Shown: positions 21,461-31,331 of the stretch, one piece after another
Position numbering within the stretch: position 1 is the first letter of the stretch
How the letters are laid out: every line of letters begins with the position of its first letter
DNA from: Desulfobacterales bacterium
GTDB lineage: Bacteria > Desulfobacterota > Desulfobacteria > Desulfobacterales > UBA5616
DNA length: 64,000 nucleotides
Reading direction: 5' to 3'
Assembly: GCA_046483495.1 (NCBI GenBank)
Contig: JAWODC010000074.1
Span: 32,001 to 96,000 of the forward strand
Notes under the pieces: generated by a model
Databases searched by the model: none
Seen by the model: only the letters and a program-made list of their open reading frames with translations
Told to the model about the DNA's origin: nothing
Made by a program: the position numbers and the translations under genes

Positions 21461-22906
21461 CTATTTCTCATGCCCACCGGTCCGATGAACACTTCGGCGC
21501 CGGTGCAGCTCGATGACATTGTTTAAAGCACGGCTGCATCGTTCGACACCGGGAAATACCGCATACCCTGCTTCTGTTATTTTCCTTTCGAGATCCAGGC
21601 GGATTTTTGCCCGAATGGTTTCGGGAAACACGACCACGATCGGCTTTTTTACATCCTCGAAGGCCTGTGTCAGCACGCCGAGAATGTGATTGGAAATTTC
21701 ACCGGCCAGGCTGCCGGCGACCCCTATGTATTCAATGGCCATTACCACGGTGATAATATCGATGTCTTCTTCTCGGTCCAGCCTCTTGAAAAGAGGCCCG
21801 TGATTGCCAAGGTCGAAAAAAGACGATGCCATATCCAGCGGGTTTTTGATGGACGTTCCAGGCACATCCACCCATTGGCGAAGATCACGGCATACCGATT
21901 CACTGAACTTGGGCACCTCGAACCCATTCATTGAAAACAAGTCCGTAAACATCACGCCGAGTCCTCCGGATACCGACATCAAAGCCATTTTCCGCCCGTT
22001 TGGAACGGGGGAAAACAGCAGCAGTTTGGCGGTATCCAGCATCTCTTCGATGGTGCCGACCATGATGGCACCCGCCTGCCGGCACACGGCTTCCCATGCG
22101 GTCATGGAACCCGCCATGGCGCCGGTATGCGAGAGAACCGCCCGGGTTCCGGAATCGGTTTTTCCCCCTTTGAGCACCAGAACCGGCTTTGCCGCCGCAG
22201 CGGCCGCCAATGCGCTTCTCAGCGCAGCCCCGTCTTTCGTGCCTTCCAGGTAGGCGCAGATGATTTCCGTGTCCGGATCTTCGGCCAGATACAAGAGGCT
22301 GTCCACCGCGCCGAAGTCGCATTCATTGCCGTATGAAATCGATTTGGCAAACCCGATTCCCTTATCCGCCGCCATAAACACGGGTGTCATCGCCACCCCG
22401 CCGCTCTGGCTCAAAATGCTGATTCGGCCGTTTGTCAGCCCACGGGGCATATCGGCGCGATAGCTCAGCCCCGTTTTGGGGCAATAAAATCCCATGCAGT
22501 TGGGTCCGATGAGACGAAGATTTCCTTTTCGAGCGATCTCGACAATTTCAGCCTCCCGGGCGGCGCCGGCTTCCCCCTCCCATTCCCGAAACCCCGACGT
22601 GAACATAACCGCACTTTTGACACCCTTTACCACACAGTCTCTGACGATGTTCGGAACCACGTTTGCCCGAACCGCGACCACAACGTGATCGACCGGTCCG
22701 GGAATATCCAATAAGGATGGATACGTTTCATAATTTTTGATCCGCCCCTTGGGGTTTATGGCATACAGCTTACCCGTGAAACCCTGTTTCATGTGGGCCA
22801 GCAAAAAACCCGGGCCGCCCATTCCCTTGCTGGACTCCCCGACGACTGCAACGGACCGGGGATGGAAGAGTCGATCCACCTGATTGAAATGCTCCGTTTT
22901 GCTCAT
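21461..22906 (-). CDS. ADP-forming acyl-CoA synthetase, alpha (CoA-binding) subunit
   Basis: PRSVAVVG, IGPNCMG, SQSGG, YLEG, LKGG, SHTGAMAG (phospho-His); no ATP-grasp domain. Confidence 0.9.
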   Translation of the reverse strand: MSKTEHFNQVDRLFHPRSVAVVGESSKGMGGPGFLLAHMKQGFTGKLYAINPKGRIKNYETYPSLLDIPGPVDHVVVAVRANVVPNIVRDCVVKGVKSAVMFTSGFREWEGEAGAAREAEIVEIARKGNLRLIGPNCMGFYCPKTGLSYRADMPRGLTNGRISILSQSGGVAMTPVFMAADKGIGFAKSISYGNECDFGAVDSLLYLAEDPDTEIICAYLEGTKDGAALRSALAAAAAAKPVLVLKGGKTDSGTRAVLSHTGAMAGSMTAWEAVCRQAGAIMVGTIEEMLDTAKLLLFSPVPNGRKMALMSVSGGLGVMFTDLFSMNGFEVPKFSESVCRDLRQWVDVPGTSIKNPLDMASSFFDLGNHGPLFKRLDREEDIDIITVVMAIEYIGVAGSLAGEISNHILGVLTQAFEDVKKPIVVVFPETIRAKIRLDLERKITEAGYAVFPGVERCSRALNNVIELHRRRSVHRTGGHEK

Positions 22907-22999
22907 TCACATCTCCTTTTATTCAGTTCCCCCGGCTCGAGGTTCGGTAGACGGCATGGTATGAAACGAACGTTTATAGCCCTTCGGGTCGTCACAATG

Positions 23000-23023
23000 C
23001 ATGAAAATGAGTTTACTTTCATG
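23000..23023. promoter_or_regulatory. Palindromic candidate operator
   Basis: CATGAAA-N10-TTTCATG ~95 bp upstream of the acyl-CoA synthetase gene. Confidence 0.3.
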
Positions 23024-23050
23024 TTCGGTACACCGCTTCAGCCGAATACG

Positions 23051-24586
23051 CTATAGCCGATTCTCCTGCTTTTCCATGTCGATCCATCCATACGTCCGCT
23101 CAACCGCCTTTTGCCACCCCGATATCCCTTTTCTTCTTTCAGCGTCTTTCATGGCGGGGCTCCAGGTCCTGTCCACAGACCAATTTTGGACAAGCTCATC
23201 GAAATCCTTCCAAAAGCCGATCGCTAGTCCCGCAGCATACGCAGCACCCAGCGCCGTGGTTTCGGTCACCGTCGGACGAATCACCGGGACATTTAAAATA
23301 TCCGACTGGAACTGCATCAACAAGTCATTTTCAACCATGCCCCCATCCACCTTGAGATGCTTTATCGAAACCCCGGAATCCATGTTCATGGCGGCAACGA
23401 TATCATGGGTTTGATAAGCGCATGCCTCCAATGCCGCCCGTGCTATATGAGCTTTGGTGATGTATCCGGTAAGCCCTACCACCACACCCCTGGCATCGGA
23501 GCGCCAATAGGGCGCAAACAGTCCGGAAAATGCCGGCACAATGTAAATATCACCGCTGTCATCGACACCTCGGGCGACTTGTTCGACTTCTTTTGCGGTG
23601 GAAATGATACCGAGATTGTCCCGCAGCCACTGGATCAAAGCGCCGGCCACCGCTATGGAACCTTCAAGACAATACACCGGCCTCTGTCCCCTCACCTGGT
23701 ATGCCACGGTTGTGATCAGGCCGTTTTGCGATAATACCGGCCGGCTGCCCGTATTCATCAAAAGAAAGCAGCCCGTGCCGTATGTATTCTTCGCATCACC
23801 GGGCGAAAAACAGGTTTGTCCGAAAAGGGCGGCCTGCTGATCACCCAGGGCGCCGCATACGGGAATTTCGGCACCTAACGGGCCGTCGGACCGGGTGGTT
23901 CCCCAGGACCGGTCATCCATTGACGGCACAATTTCAGGCAGGATTGCGGCCGGAATATGCAACCGCTCGAGCATTTCTTCATCCCAGGCAAGCGTGCCGA
24001 TGTTCATGAGAAGCGTGCGGGAGGCATTCGTTACATCCGATACGTGAACACCGCCGTCAGGCCCGCCGGTAAGATTCCAAATGATCCACGATTCGATCGT
24101 TCCGGCAAGCAAGTCTTCGGTTTTGACCGCTTTGCCTTCCCGAGCGATCGCGTCGAGAATCCAACGCAATTTCGGGCCTGAAAAATACGTGGCGACCGGC
24201 AGTCCGGTCTTTTCACGAAACCCATCCAGACCGTACGTTGCCGTCAAATCACGGCACAGGCGGTCCGTGCGCGTACACTGCCATACCACGGCATTGTAAA
24301 CGGGAATCCCCGTATGCCGGTTCCAGACCACCACCGTTTCCCGCTGGTTGGTAATTCCCAATGCGGCGATCTCGGCTCCGGAAACACCGGACTTGCCCAG
24401 TGCCCTTTGCATGACGGATCGCGTGTTTTCCCACATTTCGACCGGGTCATGCTCGACCCAACCGGGGCGGGGAAATATCTGGCGGTGCTCCTTTTGGCTG
24501 GAGCCGACAATGCAGCCTTCTTTATCGAAAATGATGAACCGACAACTGGTGGTTCCCAAATCCAGCGCTCCGATATACTTGAACAT
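23051..24586 (-). CDS. glpK: Glycerol kinase
   Basis: [58 protein letters not shown]. Confidence 0.97.
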   Translation of the reverse strand: MFKYIGALDLGTTSCRFIIFDKEGCIVGSSQKEHRQIFPRPGWVEHDPVEMWENTRSVMQRALGKSGVSGAEIAALGITNQRETVVVWNRHTGIPVYNAVVWQCTRTDRLCRDLTATYGLDGFREKTGLPVATYFSGPKLRWILDAIAREGKAVKTEDLLAGTIESWIIWNLTGGPDGGVHVSDVTNASRTLLMNIGTLAWDEEMLERLHIPAAILPEIVPSMDDRSWGTTRSDGPLGAEIPVCGALGDQQAALFGQTCFSPGDAKNTYGTGCFLLMNTGSRPVLSQNGLITTVAYQVRGQRPVYCLEGSIAVAGALIQWLRDNLGIISTAKEVEQVARGVDDSGDIYIVPAFSGLFAPYWRSDARGVVVGLTGYITKAHIARAALEACAYQTHDIVAAMNMDSGVSIKHLKVDGGMVENDLLMQFQSDILNVPVIRPTVTETTALGAAYAAGLAIGFWKDFDELVQNWSVDRTWSPAMKDAERRKGISGWQKAVERTYGWIDMEKQENRL

Positions 24587-24689
24587 GTGAGGGGCTCCCT
24601 TTGTATATGGATGATATAATCCGTTCGGGGGGTTTCTAAAGCGTACAGGCTGTGATTGAGGCTTTATGCCGTGCAGTGTAGCACTAGCG

Positions 24690-25364
24690 CTAACGAACCG
24701 TCGGCCCTCGTTTGTTTATCTGGTCTTTAAGCCATAAGAGCCACGCCTCGAAGCCTTCACCTGTCGTGCAGGAGATTTGAAAAATCGTGACGTCCGGATT
24801 CAGCTCGCGGATCGCCCGGTTAAATGCGTTGATGTCGAAACGAAGATGCGGCAGCAAATCGATCTTATTCACCAGGACGACATCGGCTTCCGTAAACATC
24901 AATGGATATTTTTCGGGTTTATCATCCCCCTCCGGGATGCTCAGCAAAATGGCCTTCTTATGTTCGCCCAATTCAAATTCCGCCGGACAAATAAGATTGC
25001 CGACATTTTCGATCAAGATAAGATCGGTCTGTTCCAGCGGCAGATTATTCAATGCATTCTCGACCATGTTGGCGTCCAAATGGCATCCCCCGGGGAAATT
25101 GATCTGAACCACGGGTACTCCCTGCTCATTGATTTTGTCTGCATCGATCGTAGAGGCGACATCGCCTTCGATAACCGAAATGCGCAGGTTTTCCTTCAGC
25201 CCGTTTATCGTTTCCATGATGAGGCTGGTTTTCCCCGCGCCGGGTGAAGACATGATATTCAGTGCGAAAATATTGAAGTCATCGAACCGCCGCCGGTTGC
25301 CCTGGGCTTTCATTTTATTGGCGCCCATGATGTCTTCCCGAATACTCAAAACTTTAACGGCCAT
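24690..25364 (-). CDS. hypB: Hydrogenase nickel-incorporation GTPase HypB
   Basis: [37 protein letters not shown]; short form without His-rich N-terminus. Confidence 0.95.
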   Translation of the reverse strand: MAVKVLSIREDIMGANKMKAQGNRRRFDDFNIFALNIMSSPGAGKTSLIMETINGLKENLRISVIEGDVASTIDADKINEQGVPVVQINFPGGCHLDANMVENALNNLPLEQTDLILIENVGNLICPAEFELGEHKKAILLSIPEGDDKPEKYPLMFTEADVVLVNKIDLLPHLRFDINAFNRAIRELNPDVTIFQISCTTGEGFEAWLLWLKDQINKRGPTVR

Positions 25365-25366
25365 AA

Positions 25367-25708
25367 CTATTCGACCTCTATACTTTCTACATAATATTCT
25401 TTCCCGGCCACGACGTCTACGCTTCTTTTCCCGCACTCCGGACATCGCATACGCTGATGTTCAGGAATGAAAATGATGCCGCAATTACGGCATCGAAGCT
25501 GGGTTTCCGGATGGTTAAACGAAAGAACGGCCTCTTCGGCAATGGTGCCTTTCTTGATTACGTCAAATTGAAATTGAATGCACTCGGGCACCAGGCCCGT
25601 GAGCTTGCCCACCACAAGGTCGATTCGCGTTACCTTGCCCGCATGGGCCGTTCCCGCGTGTTCAAGTACGATATCCAACATACTGATAGTAAACGGAAGT
25701 TCGTGCAT
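25367..25708 (-). CDS. hypA: Nickel metallochaperone HypA
   Basis: MHE start, CRNC...CPECG, G.E..VESIEVE. Confidence 0.95.
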   Translation of the reverse strand: MHELPFTISMLDIVLEHAGTAHAGKVTRIDLVVGKLTGLVPECIQFQFDVIKKGTIAEEAVLSFNHPETQLRCRNCGIIFIPEHQRMRCPECGKRSVDVVAGKEYYVESIEVE

Positions 25709-25723
25709 CGAAAAAAATACAGT

Positions 25724-25764
25724 CCCATCCGGAAATGCGAAAATTCACGCCGTTTCCGGATGGG
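25724..25764 (+). repeat. Internally deleted copy of the hairpin repeat (outer stem only)
   Basis: CCCATCCGGAAATG-N13-CGTTTCCGGATGGG, matching the terminal arms of the long copies. Confidence 0.7.
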
Positions 25765-25770
25765 CGCCTT

Positions 25771-26889
25771 CTATTTCATCTTTATCAGTTCAGTCCTTCC
25801 CGTCTGCTGTGCTCTTATTTTCATAAAATCGAGCCATTCATGGGGATAGACGGTGATCTCCTTTTTGCGCTCGAGCTTTCTGGCCTGACTGGGACAAGCC
25901 AGTACACAAAGCCCGCAGCCCAGACATTTTTCTTCGTCAGTGACGGCCTTTTTGTTTTTAGCATCATAGCTGATGGCATTTGCGGGGCATATCTTGATGC
26001 ATTCTTTCTTTCCATCACACTGGTCCCAATCCTCAACGGCATAAAAGTTGGATGTCAAATCAGCTTGTGGAACACCCATCAAATAAACGGAGAGAAGACC
26101 GCAATGGCAGGGGCAGCAGGCACAAATCGCAAGCGTATGCTCACAGTTGAAGGCGTGCAGGACCGCACCCGAGTTCTTGGCTCTTTGATATGTTTTAAGG
26201 ACATCTTCTTTACTGGCGGGTTTTGCACCCTCACATGCAACAAATGTCTGCGCCCAGAACCCCAAAAACGTGCACATGTTGTCCACGGGTACACGGGTGC
26301 AGGGGTTGCCCCTTATCTGGGCCGTTTTACGGCACTGGCAATCGGTTTGAGCCAATCCGCCCTGTTCTTCGGCCCCTGCGTGAACGAGGAGATGGGAAAA
26401 CAGTTCGCTCGGCATTACTTCCATATCGTGGGGAATCGCCTCTTCATAGGGAAGTACCCTGAACCAGGGTGTTATATCGGGAGTCGGGCCGAAAATGGTC
26501 TCAGCCATGGAATCCGGTGTGATTTTATCCAGGACATTTGCGAAAAATTCAGGGCTGTAATGCTTCACCTGCAACTCATAAGTACCGGGTGCGTAAGGAA
26601 TCACCATGTAAGAGCGGTTTTCTTTCGGTCCGGAAAGACCGACCCAGGTCTTGCGGACCAGGCTTTCGAGCAGCGGCTGAATGTCTTCCTTGCTGCGGCC
26701 GATTCTCTTTGCGATATCGTCGATATGCTCCGGATAGGCCATTAATTGACTCATCAGTTCGCCCTCTTCGTCGGTCATCGGGAACGGCCGTTCAAGAATT
26801 TTATATTCATCCCCGTCCGCGGTGCGGGGGAAACCAAACGGCATTTTTCGCAAATGATCGATTACTTTTTTTCCAATTTCAATTTTCAT
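25771..26889 (-). CDS. 4Fe-4S binding protein (N-terminal HTH-like, Cys-rich middle, C-terminal ferredoxin)
   Basis: CQCR, ICACCPCHC, CDGKKEC...CP, CLGCGLC...CP. Confidence 0.85.
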   Translation of the reverse strand: MKIEIGKKVIDHLRKMPFGFPRTADGDEYKILERPFPMTDEEGELMSQLMAYPEHIDDIAKRIGRSKEDIQPLLESLVRKTWVGLSGPKENRSYMVIPYAPGTYELQVKHYSPEFFANVLDKITPDSMAETIFGPTPDITPWFRVLPYEEAIPHDMEVMPSELFSHLLVHAGAEEQGGLAQTDCQCRKTAQIRGNPCTRVPVDNMCTFLGFWAQTFVACEGAKPASKEDVLKTYQRAKNSGAVLHAFNCEHTLAICACCPCHCGLLSVYLMGVPQADLTSNFYAVEDWDQCDGKKECIKICPANAISYDAKNKKAVTDEEKCLGCGLCVLACPSQARKLERKKEITVYPHEWLDFMKIRAQQTGRTELIKMK

Positions 26890-26939
26890 CGAACTCTCCC
26901 TTTTTTATGGTTTGGCTGATCTGTCATTTATCCTGATTT

Positions 26940-28217
26940 TCAGGAAGAAGTCAGGTGCCGTGCCAATCGTTTCCCCAGAGATATCAAGGTGAGCACCGGA
27001 GGCAACCCCCAGGCTGTGGGTATTACCGATGCATCACACACGTAGAGATTGTCCACCTGGGTTTTGAGGTTCCGGTCCACAAACTCACCGATCTTGATGG
27101 TGCCGCCCGGGTGCGCCCCCGAGATGGAAGACGTAAACGTGGATGTCGCCCCGGCATTTTTAAGGATTTGTTCCGCCGTTTCCGTCCCTTCCTTGAATCG
27201 CTTTTTTTCCACCTCCCCCAGTTCCTTTAAAACAGGCCCCTTCTCCGTTAAACGGCCGCTCAATTCATCCCGGATTTTGACCATGATGGACAAGGCGCTT
27301 TTTCCGGAAAACAGTTTGGAGAATTCACCGGCGGAAAGGGCGCTGCTCATGTATCTCAATCCCGTAAACGTCAGATCGGTCAGCAAATAACCCTCCTTTG
27401 AATAGTTGATGCCGGTGGACATGGGAATTTCCCTCAACCCGCCTTTGGTGCCCTTTACAACACCGGTTACGAGCAGCAGGGGATCGAAAAAAAAATCCCT
27501 GCCTACACCATCCACCCCCGACTTTTCCAGTATTTTCGGACTGTACATGCCGCCGGCGGAAAGAATTACGAGGGGTGCTTCAACCCTTACGGTTTCGTCT
27601 TTTTTTCGGAACGCTACGCCTGTCGCCTTGCCGTTTTCGATGATGATCCTGTCCACCTTGGTTTCGACCGCCAATTCCCCACCGTTTTCCAAGGCTTCAA
27701 CGGCAAATGCCCTCGCCGTCCACTTCGCACCGTAAGGGCAGTTGTACGTGCATTTCCAGCAGCCGGGACGGCATTTGGATGCATCGATGAATTTTGGAAT
27801 TTTTTGCCAGTCTATTCCCAAATCCAGGGCTGATTCCATAACGCGTTTGGTCATGGGGCCGATCAACCGATCGGGAAGCGGTTCGATTCCCAGTTCCTCT
27901 TTTGTTTCAGCCGCATACTCTCGAAGATCGATGCCATGCGCATCGAATATATCATAGGGCGGCTCCAGTGCGGCGCCGCAAAAGGAGAAGGTGGCTCCCC
28001 CGACAACGGATTGTGTGATAATCGGTGTCTTGCCCGTAGTGGGAATCGAACGGATTGTAGGCATCATTTGCAGCAAACTCCCCTTCACGGCCGGATCTTT
28101 GCCTTTTTCCAGCATCAGAACCGTTTTCCCCGCTCTGCTCAATTCCCTGGCGACCGTACTGCCGCCGGGACCGGACCCCACAATAATCGCGTCAAACGTT
28201 TGATTTTCAAGTTTCAT
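26940..28217 (-). CDS. GMC-family FAD-dependent oxidoreductase
   Basis: IIVGSGPGG, VGGAT, C..GC..C...CPYGAK, SAGG, HPGGT, YVCDASVIP. Confidence 0.88.
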   Translation of the reverse strand: MKLENQTFDAIIVGSGPGGSTVARELSRAGKTVLMLEKGKDPAVKGSLLQMMPTIRSIPTTGKTPIITQSVVGGATFSFCGAALEPPYDIFDAHGIDLREYAAETKEELGIEPLPDRLIGPMTKRVMESALDLGIDWQKIPKFIDASKCRPGCWKCTYNCPYGAKWTARAFAVEALENGGELAVETKVDRIIIENGKATGVAFRKKDETVRVEAPLVILSAGGMYSPKILEKSGVDGVGRDFFFDPLLLVTGVVKGTKGGLREIPMSTGINYSKEGYLLTDLTFTGLRYMSSALSAGEFSKLFSGKSALSIMVKIRDELSGRLTEKGPVLKELGEVEKKRFKEGTETAEQILKNAGATSTFTSSISGAHPGGTIKIGEFVDRNLKTQVDNLYVCDASVIPTAWGLPPVLTLISLGKRLARHLTSS

Positions 28218-28288
28218 ATGGATTCTCCAGATCGCTGAACGATGTTCCCCCGAGTTGATTCATCAGAAATGCGCTGCTCGGCCGATGC

Positions 28289-29389
28289 CTAAGGCAGCTC
28301 AAAATTCCAATTCGGAGCACTCTTTGAAAACGCCGTGACCAAGCCATTCATCAATTCAGCGTCGAGTTTCGCAATCGCTTCTTCGGATTTACGGATCATC
28401 CGGACGGCGTTTTCCGGACACCCCGATGCACATGCCCCACAGCCGAGACATTTTTCAGTGTCCATGACGGCAACCGGATCCAGGCGGATCGCATCCACAA
28501 AGCACCGCTCTGCACAGGTTCCACAGGATACGCATTTTTCAGGATCAGCCTCGGCATAAAAATGATTATTGAAGTAGATATGATCTTTTCCAAATTTCAT
28601 GGCGAAGAAATTGATGCAGGCATGCTTGCAACAGTTGCAAACGATAAGATTGGGACCGCCCGTATTGACCTGGCCTTTTTCATGGCACTTTCGAATAATA
28701 TCGAAGCATTCGTCAAGAGTAACCGGCCGTGCCCAATGATTTTCGACGGCCCAGCTTGCCATATCTCCGAAACTGAAGCAGCATTCGACAATGCAGTCAC
28801 AGGAGGCGTCGGAATCGACACCGTGCTTGTCGATAATCCTGCACGGGCATCCGGATACCGCAATGCTTACTCCCTGATCATGTACGGCCCTGATCTGTTC
28901 AAAAAGATTTTCCTCGGGCGTTGCGTCCTCGGGAAGCACATCCACATGACACCAAAGCATTCCCGTTTTTCCAAGCTCCGCTATTCCTTCATTGACATAG
29001 ATAGGCCTGAACTTGTGCCAGAGTTCATTCAACCTTTTTTTAAAGGGGGTGCTGTTATCCCCCCAGCTCGCCGTTTCGATAATTCCCAACGCCTCCATGC
29101 CGATGGGTTTGTATAGCGGATCCTCTCTTCCAGGCTCCCTGTAAACCGTACCTTTTTTTTCCATGCTCTCGATCAGGGACAGGAGTTTATCTTTCCGGGT
29201 GCCGGTTTTCTCGATCAGCTCATCGATTTTTCCCCCTTCGGGCCCCATTTTCAAGGCCAGCCGGGCTTCTTCCGGAGTGTATTGAAAATAAAGGATTTCC
29301 ATTAACTCTGGAGACTTTACACCTGGTTGAGCACGAAATGTAGTAATGAGCCAATCCGCCAATCGTCCGTATACGGATGCATCGTTCAT
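28289..29389 (-). CDS. 4Fe-4S binding protein, same architecture as 25771-26889
   Basis: YTPEEA, CPCR, VCNCCKHAC, CVSCGTC...C, CLGCGAC...CP. Confidence 0.85.
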   Translation of the reverse strand: MNDASVYGRLADWLITTFRAQPGVKSPELMEILYFQYTPEEARLALKMGPEGGKIDELIEKTGTRKDKLLSLIESMEKKGTVYREPGREDPLYKPIGMEALGIIETASWGDNSTPFKKRLNELWHKFRPIYVNEGIAELGKTGMLWCHVDVLPEDATPEENLFEQIRAVHDQGVSIAVSGCPCRIIDKHGVDSDASCDCIVECCFSFGDMASWAVENHWARPVTLDECFDIIRKCHEKGQVNTGGPNLIVCNCCKHACINFFAMKFGKDHIYFNNHFYAEADPEKCVSCGTCAERCFVDAIRLDPVAVMDTEKCLGCGACASGCPENAVRMIRKSEEAIAKLDAELMNGLVTAFSKSAPNWNFELP

Positions 29390-29933
29390 TTTTTTCCTTC
29401 CGAAAGTTATGGTTTCGTAATAATCGAGACGAAATACAATCGATTCACGGAAATCTTTCTCAGCCCGCCGTCAATCGCCTTTCTTCACGCACGAACGGAC
29501 CGTTCACCTTTTTTGTGACGGTTATTGTCAGTGTATGCTTCGAACCGTTCCCAGTGAATGTATGACGGACGATCAAGGCGGTTCTGTTGCAAAAAAAGTG
29601 GCGGAATCTGCCGGGTTGACCTGCTCATAAGGGCGGCTACAAGCCTTTATCTTCACGAGGCGAGACGCTCCCTATGCAGGATCTGACGATCCATAGGGTA
29701 TTGCGTAACATCATTCATTTTTAATATCAAGGTTTATCTACTAAGGGTCCATCCATATCCGGAATCATCTGAAAACAAATGGGTGGACAAACGATTCTTA
29801 TCATGATCAAATAAAATTTTCGTGATTTTGTCTTTGCCGGCATTCAATGTATCGTCGATCGGAAAGCCGGTGCTTCGATTTCTTAAAACGGCGTAAGCCG
29901 AACCGGATACAAAAAATTGAAAGGTGCTGAACA

Positions 29934-31061
29934 GTGAGAGAAGTTGTTGTGTTGGGAGCGGGGCTCCATCGATACGGGCTATTTCCGGAAACATCCATTG
30001 CGGAGTTGGGCGCCGAAGCGGTCCGGGGCGCCCTGGCGGATGCGAATATAACATGGGAGAATATCGAAACGGCTTACTGCGGCACCACCCAGCCCGGCTG
30101 GTCCGTCGGTCACCAGGTTTGCCAAACACTCGGGTTCACCGGATTGGGGATTATGAACATTGAAAACGCATCGGCCAGCGGATCGTCCGCCTTTCGTGAA
30201 GCCTATCTTTCGGTTTTATCGGGGGAGCATGACGTCGCCCTGGCGTTCGGTGTAGACAAGACCAAACCACCGAAGCTTTCCCCGTCCGGGCGGAATAAAG
30301 ACGAAAAAACCGCCAAGGCCGGCGATAAGCATTTTACCAGCCCGGTCGAGATATTTGCCGCGATAACCCGGCAGCACATGGATGCGTACGGCACCACGAT
30401 CGATCAACTGGCCCGTGTCGCCGTGAAAAACAGGCATAACGCCGCTCTGAATCCCCATGCCCAGTTTCAAAGTCCGGTAACCATAGAAGAGGTTCACCAG
30501 TCCCGAATGATTGCCGAACCGGTTACCAAGCTGCACTGCTGCCCATGGGGAGACGGAGCCGCCGCCGTGATTGTCTGTGAGAAAAAACAGGCTGAAAAAT
30601 ATACGGATAAGGTATGCCCGAGGGTGGCCGCGTCGGTGCTGAAGAGCACGATTCCGGATGAAGACCCGATGTTTTCGCTCACCCGGTTGTGCGCCCATAT
30701 CGCTTACGAACAGGCCGGCGCAGATCCGGAGGATCTGGACCTCATCGAACTGCACGATGCGTTCACCATAGAGGAAATCATCTACGCCGAGGCGCTGGGT
30801 CTATGCCCCCGGGGTGAAGGCGGACGCCTGGTTGAAACGGGTGAAACCGCCTTGACAGGAAATCATGTCATCAACAGCAGCGGCGGCCTTCTCAGTATGG
30901 GGCATCCCCTGGGTCCGACGGGCGTTGGACAAATAGCTGAAATTCTTTGGCAAATGCGGGGAGAATGTCACAAACGGCAGATCCGGAAGCCCGTCAACCT
31001 GGCCATGGCTCACATGGTGGGGGCCGGCGGCGTCTGTGCCATTCATCTGTTGAAAAAGTGA
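29934..31061 (+). CDS. SCP2/SCP-x-type thiolase-fold protein (Ser at nucleophile position)
   Basis: ENASASG, AVKNRHN, DGAAA, ELHDAF, SGGLLSMGHP; GTG start after AAAGG. Confidence 0.9.
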   Translation: MREVVVLGAGLHRYGLFPETSIAELGAEAVRGALADANITWENIETAYCGTTQPGWSVGHQVCQTLGFTGLGIMNIENASASGSSAFREAYLSVLSGEHDVALAFGVDKTKPPKLSPSGRNKDEKTAKAGDKHFTSPVEIFAAITRQHMDAYGTTIDQLARVAVKNRHNAALNPHAQFQSPVTIEEVHQSRMIAEPVTKLHCCPWGDGAAAVIVCEKKQAEKYTDKVCPRVAASVLKSTIPDEDPMFSLTRLCAHIAYEQAGADPEDLDLIELHDAFTIEEIIYAEALGLCPRGEGGRLVETGETALTGNHVINSSGGLLSMGHPLGPTGVGQIAEILWQMRGECHKRQIRKPVNLAMAHMVGAGGVCAIHLLKK

Positions 31062-31331
31062 TGCTGATTTAATATAATTATTTTTTCGGGCATTCTCCTC
31101 ATCCGTTCACCATCGGGATCCGAATGCCTCGATCTGCTGAACCAATGCCGTCCCGGTGACGATTCATCGGCTTGCTCCGGATTCAGGCCGATAGTGCGTT
31201 TCCGAATAAATACCGTTACAATTCTTATACGAATCTTTTTTTCAAAAAAATGAATCGTATTCACCAAATGTTTCGTTTTTCATAATTTATGAGCACATAT
31301 TACCCAAACCCACTCGTATACCCAACAGGAG

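Noticed and set aside
29400..29700. Cobalamin riboswitch upstream of the Fe-S gene
   Set aside because: A CACTGGGAA-like word is present on the minus strand but no B12 box or conserved core
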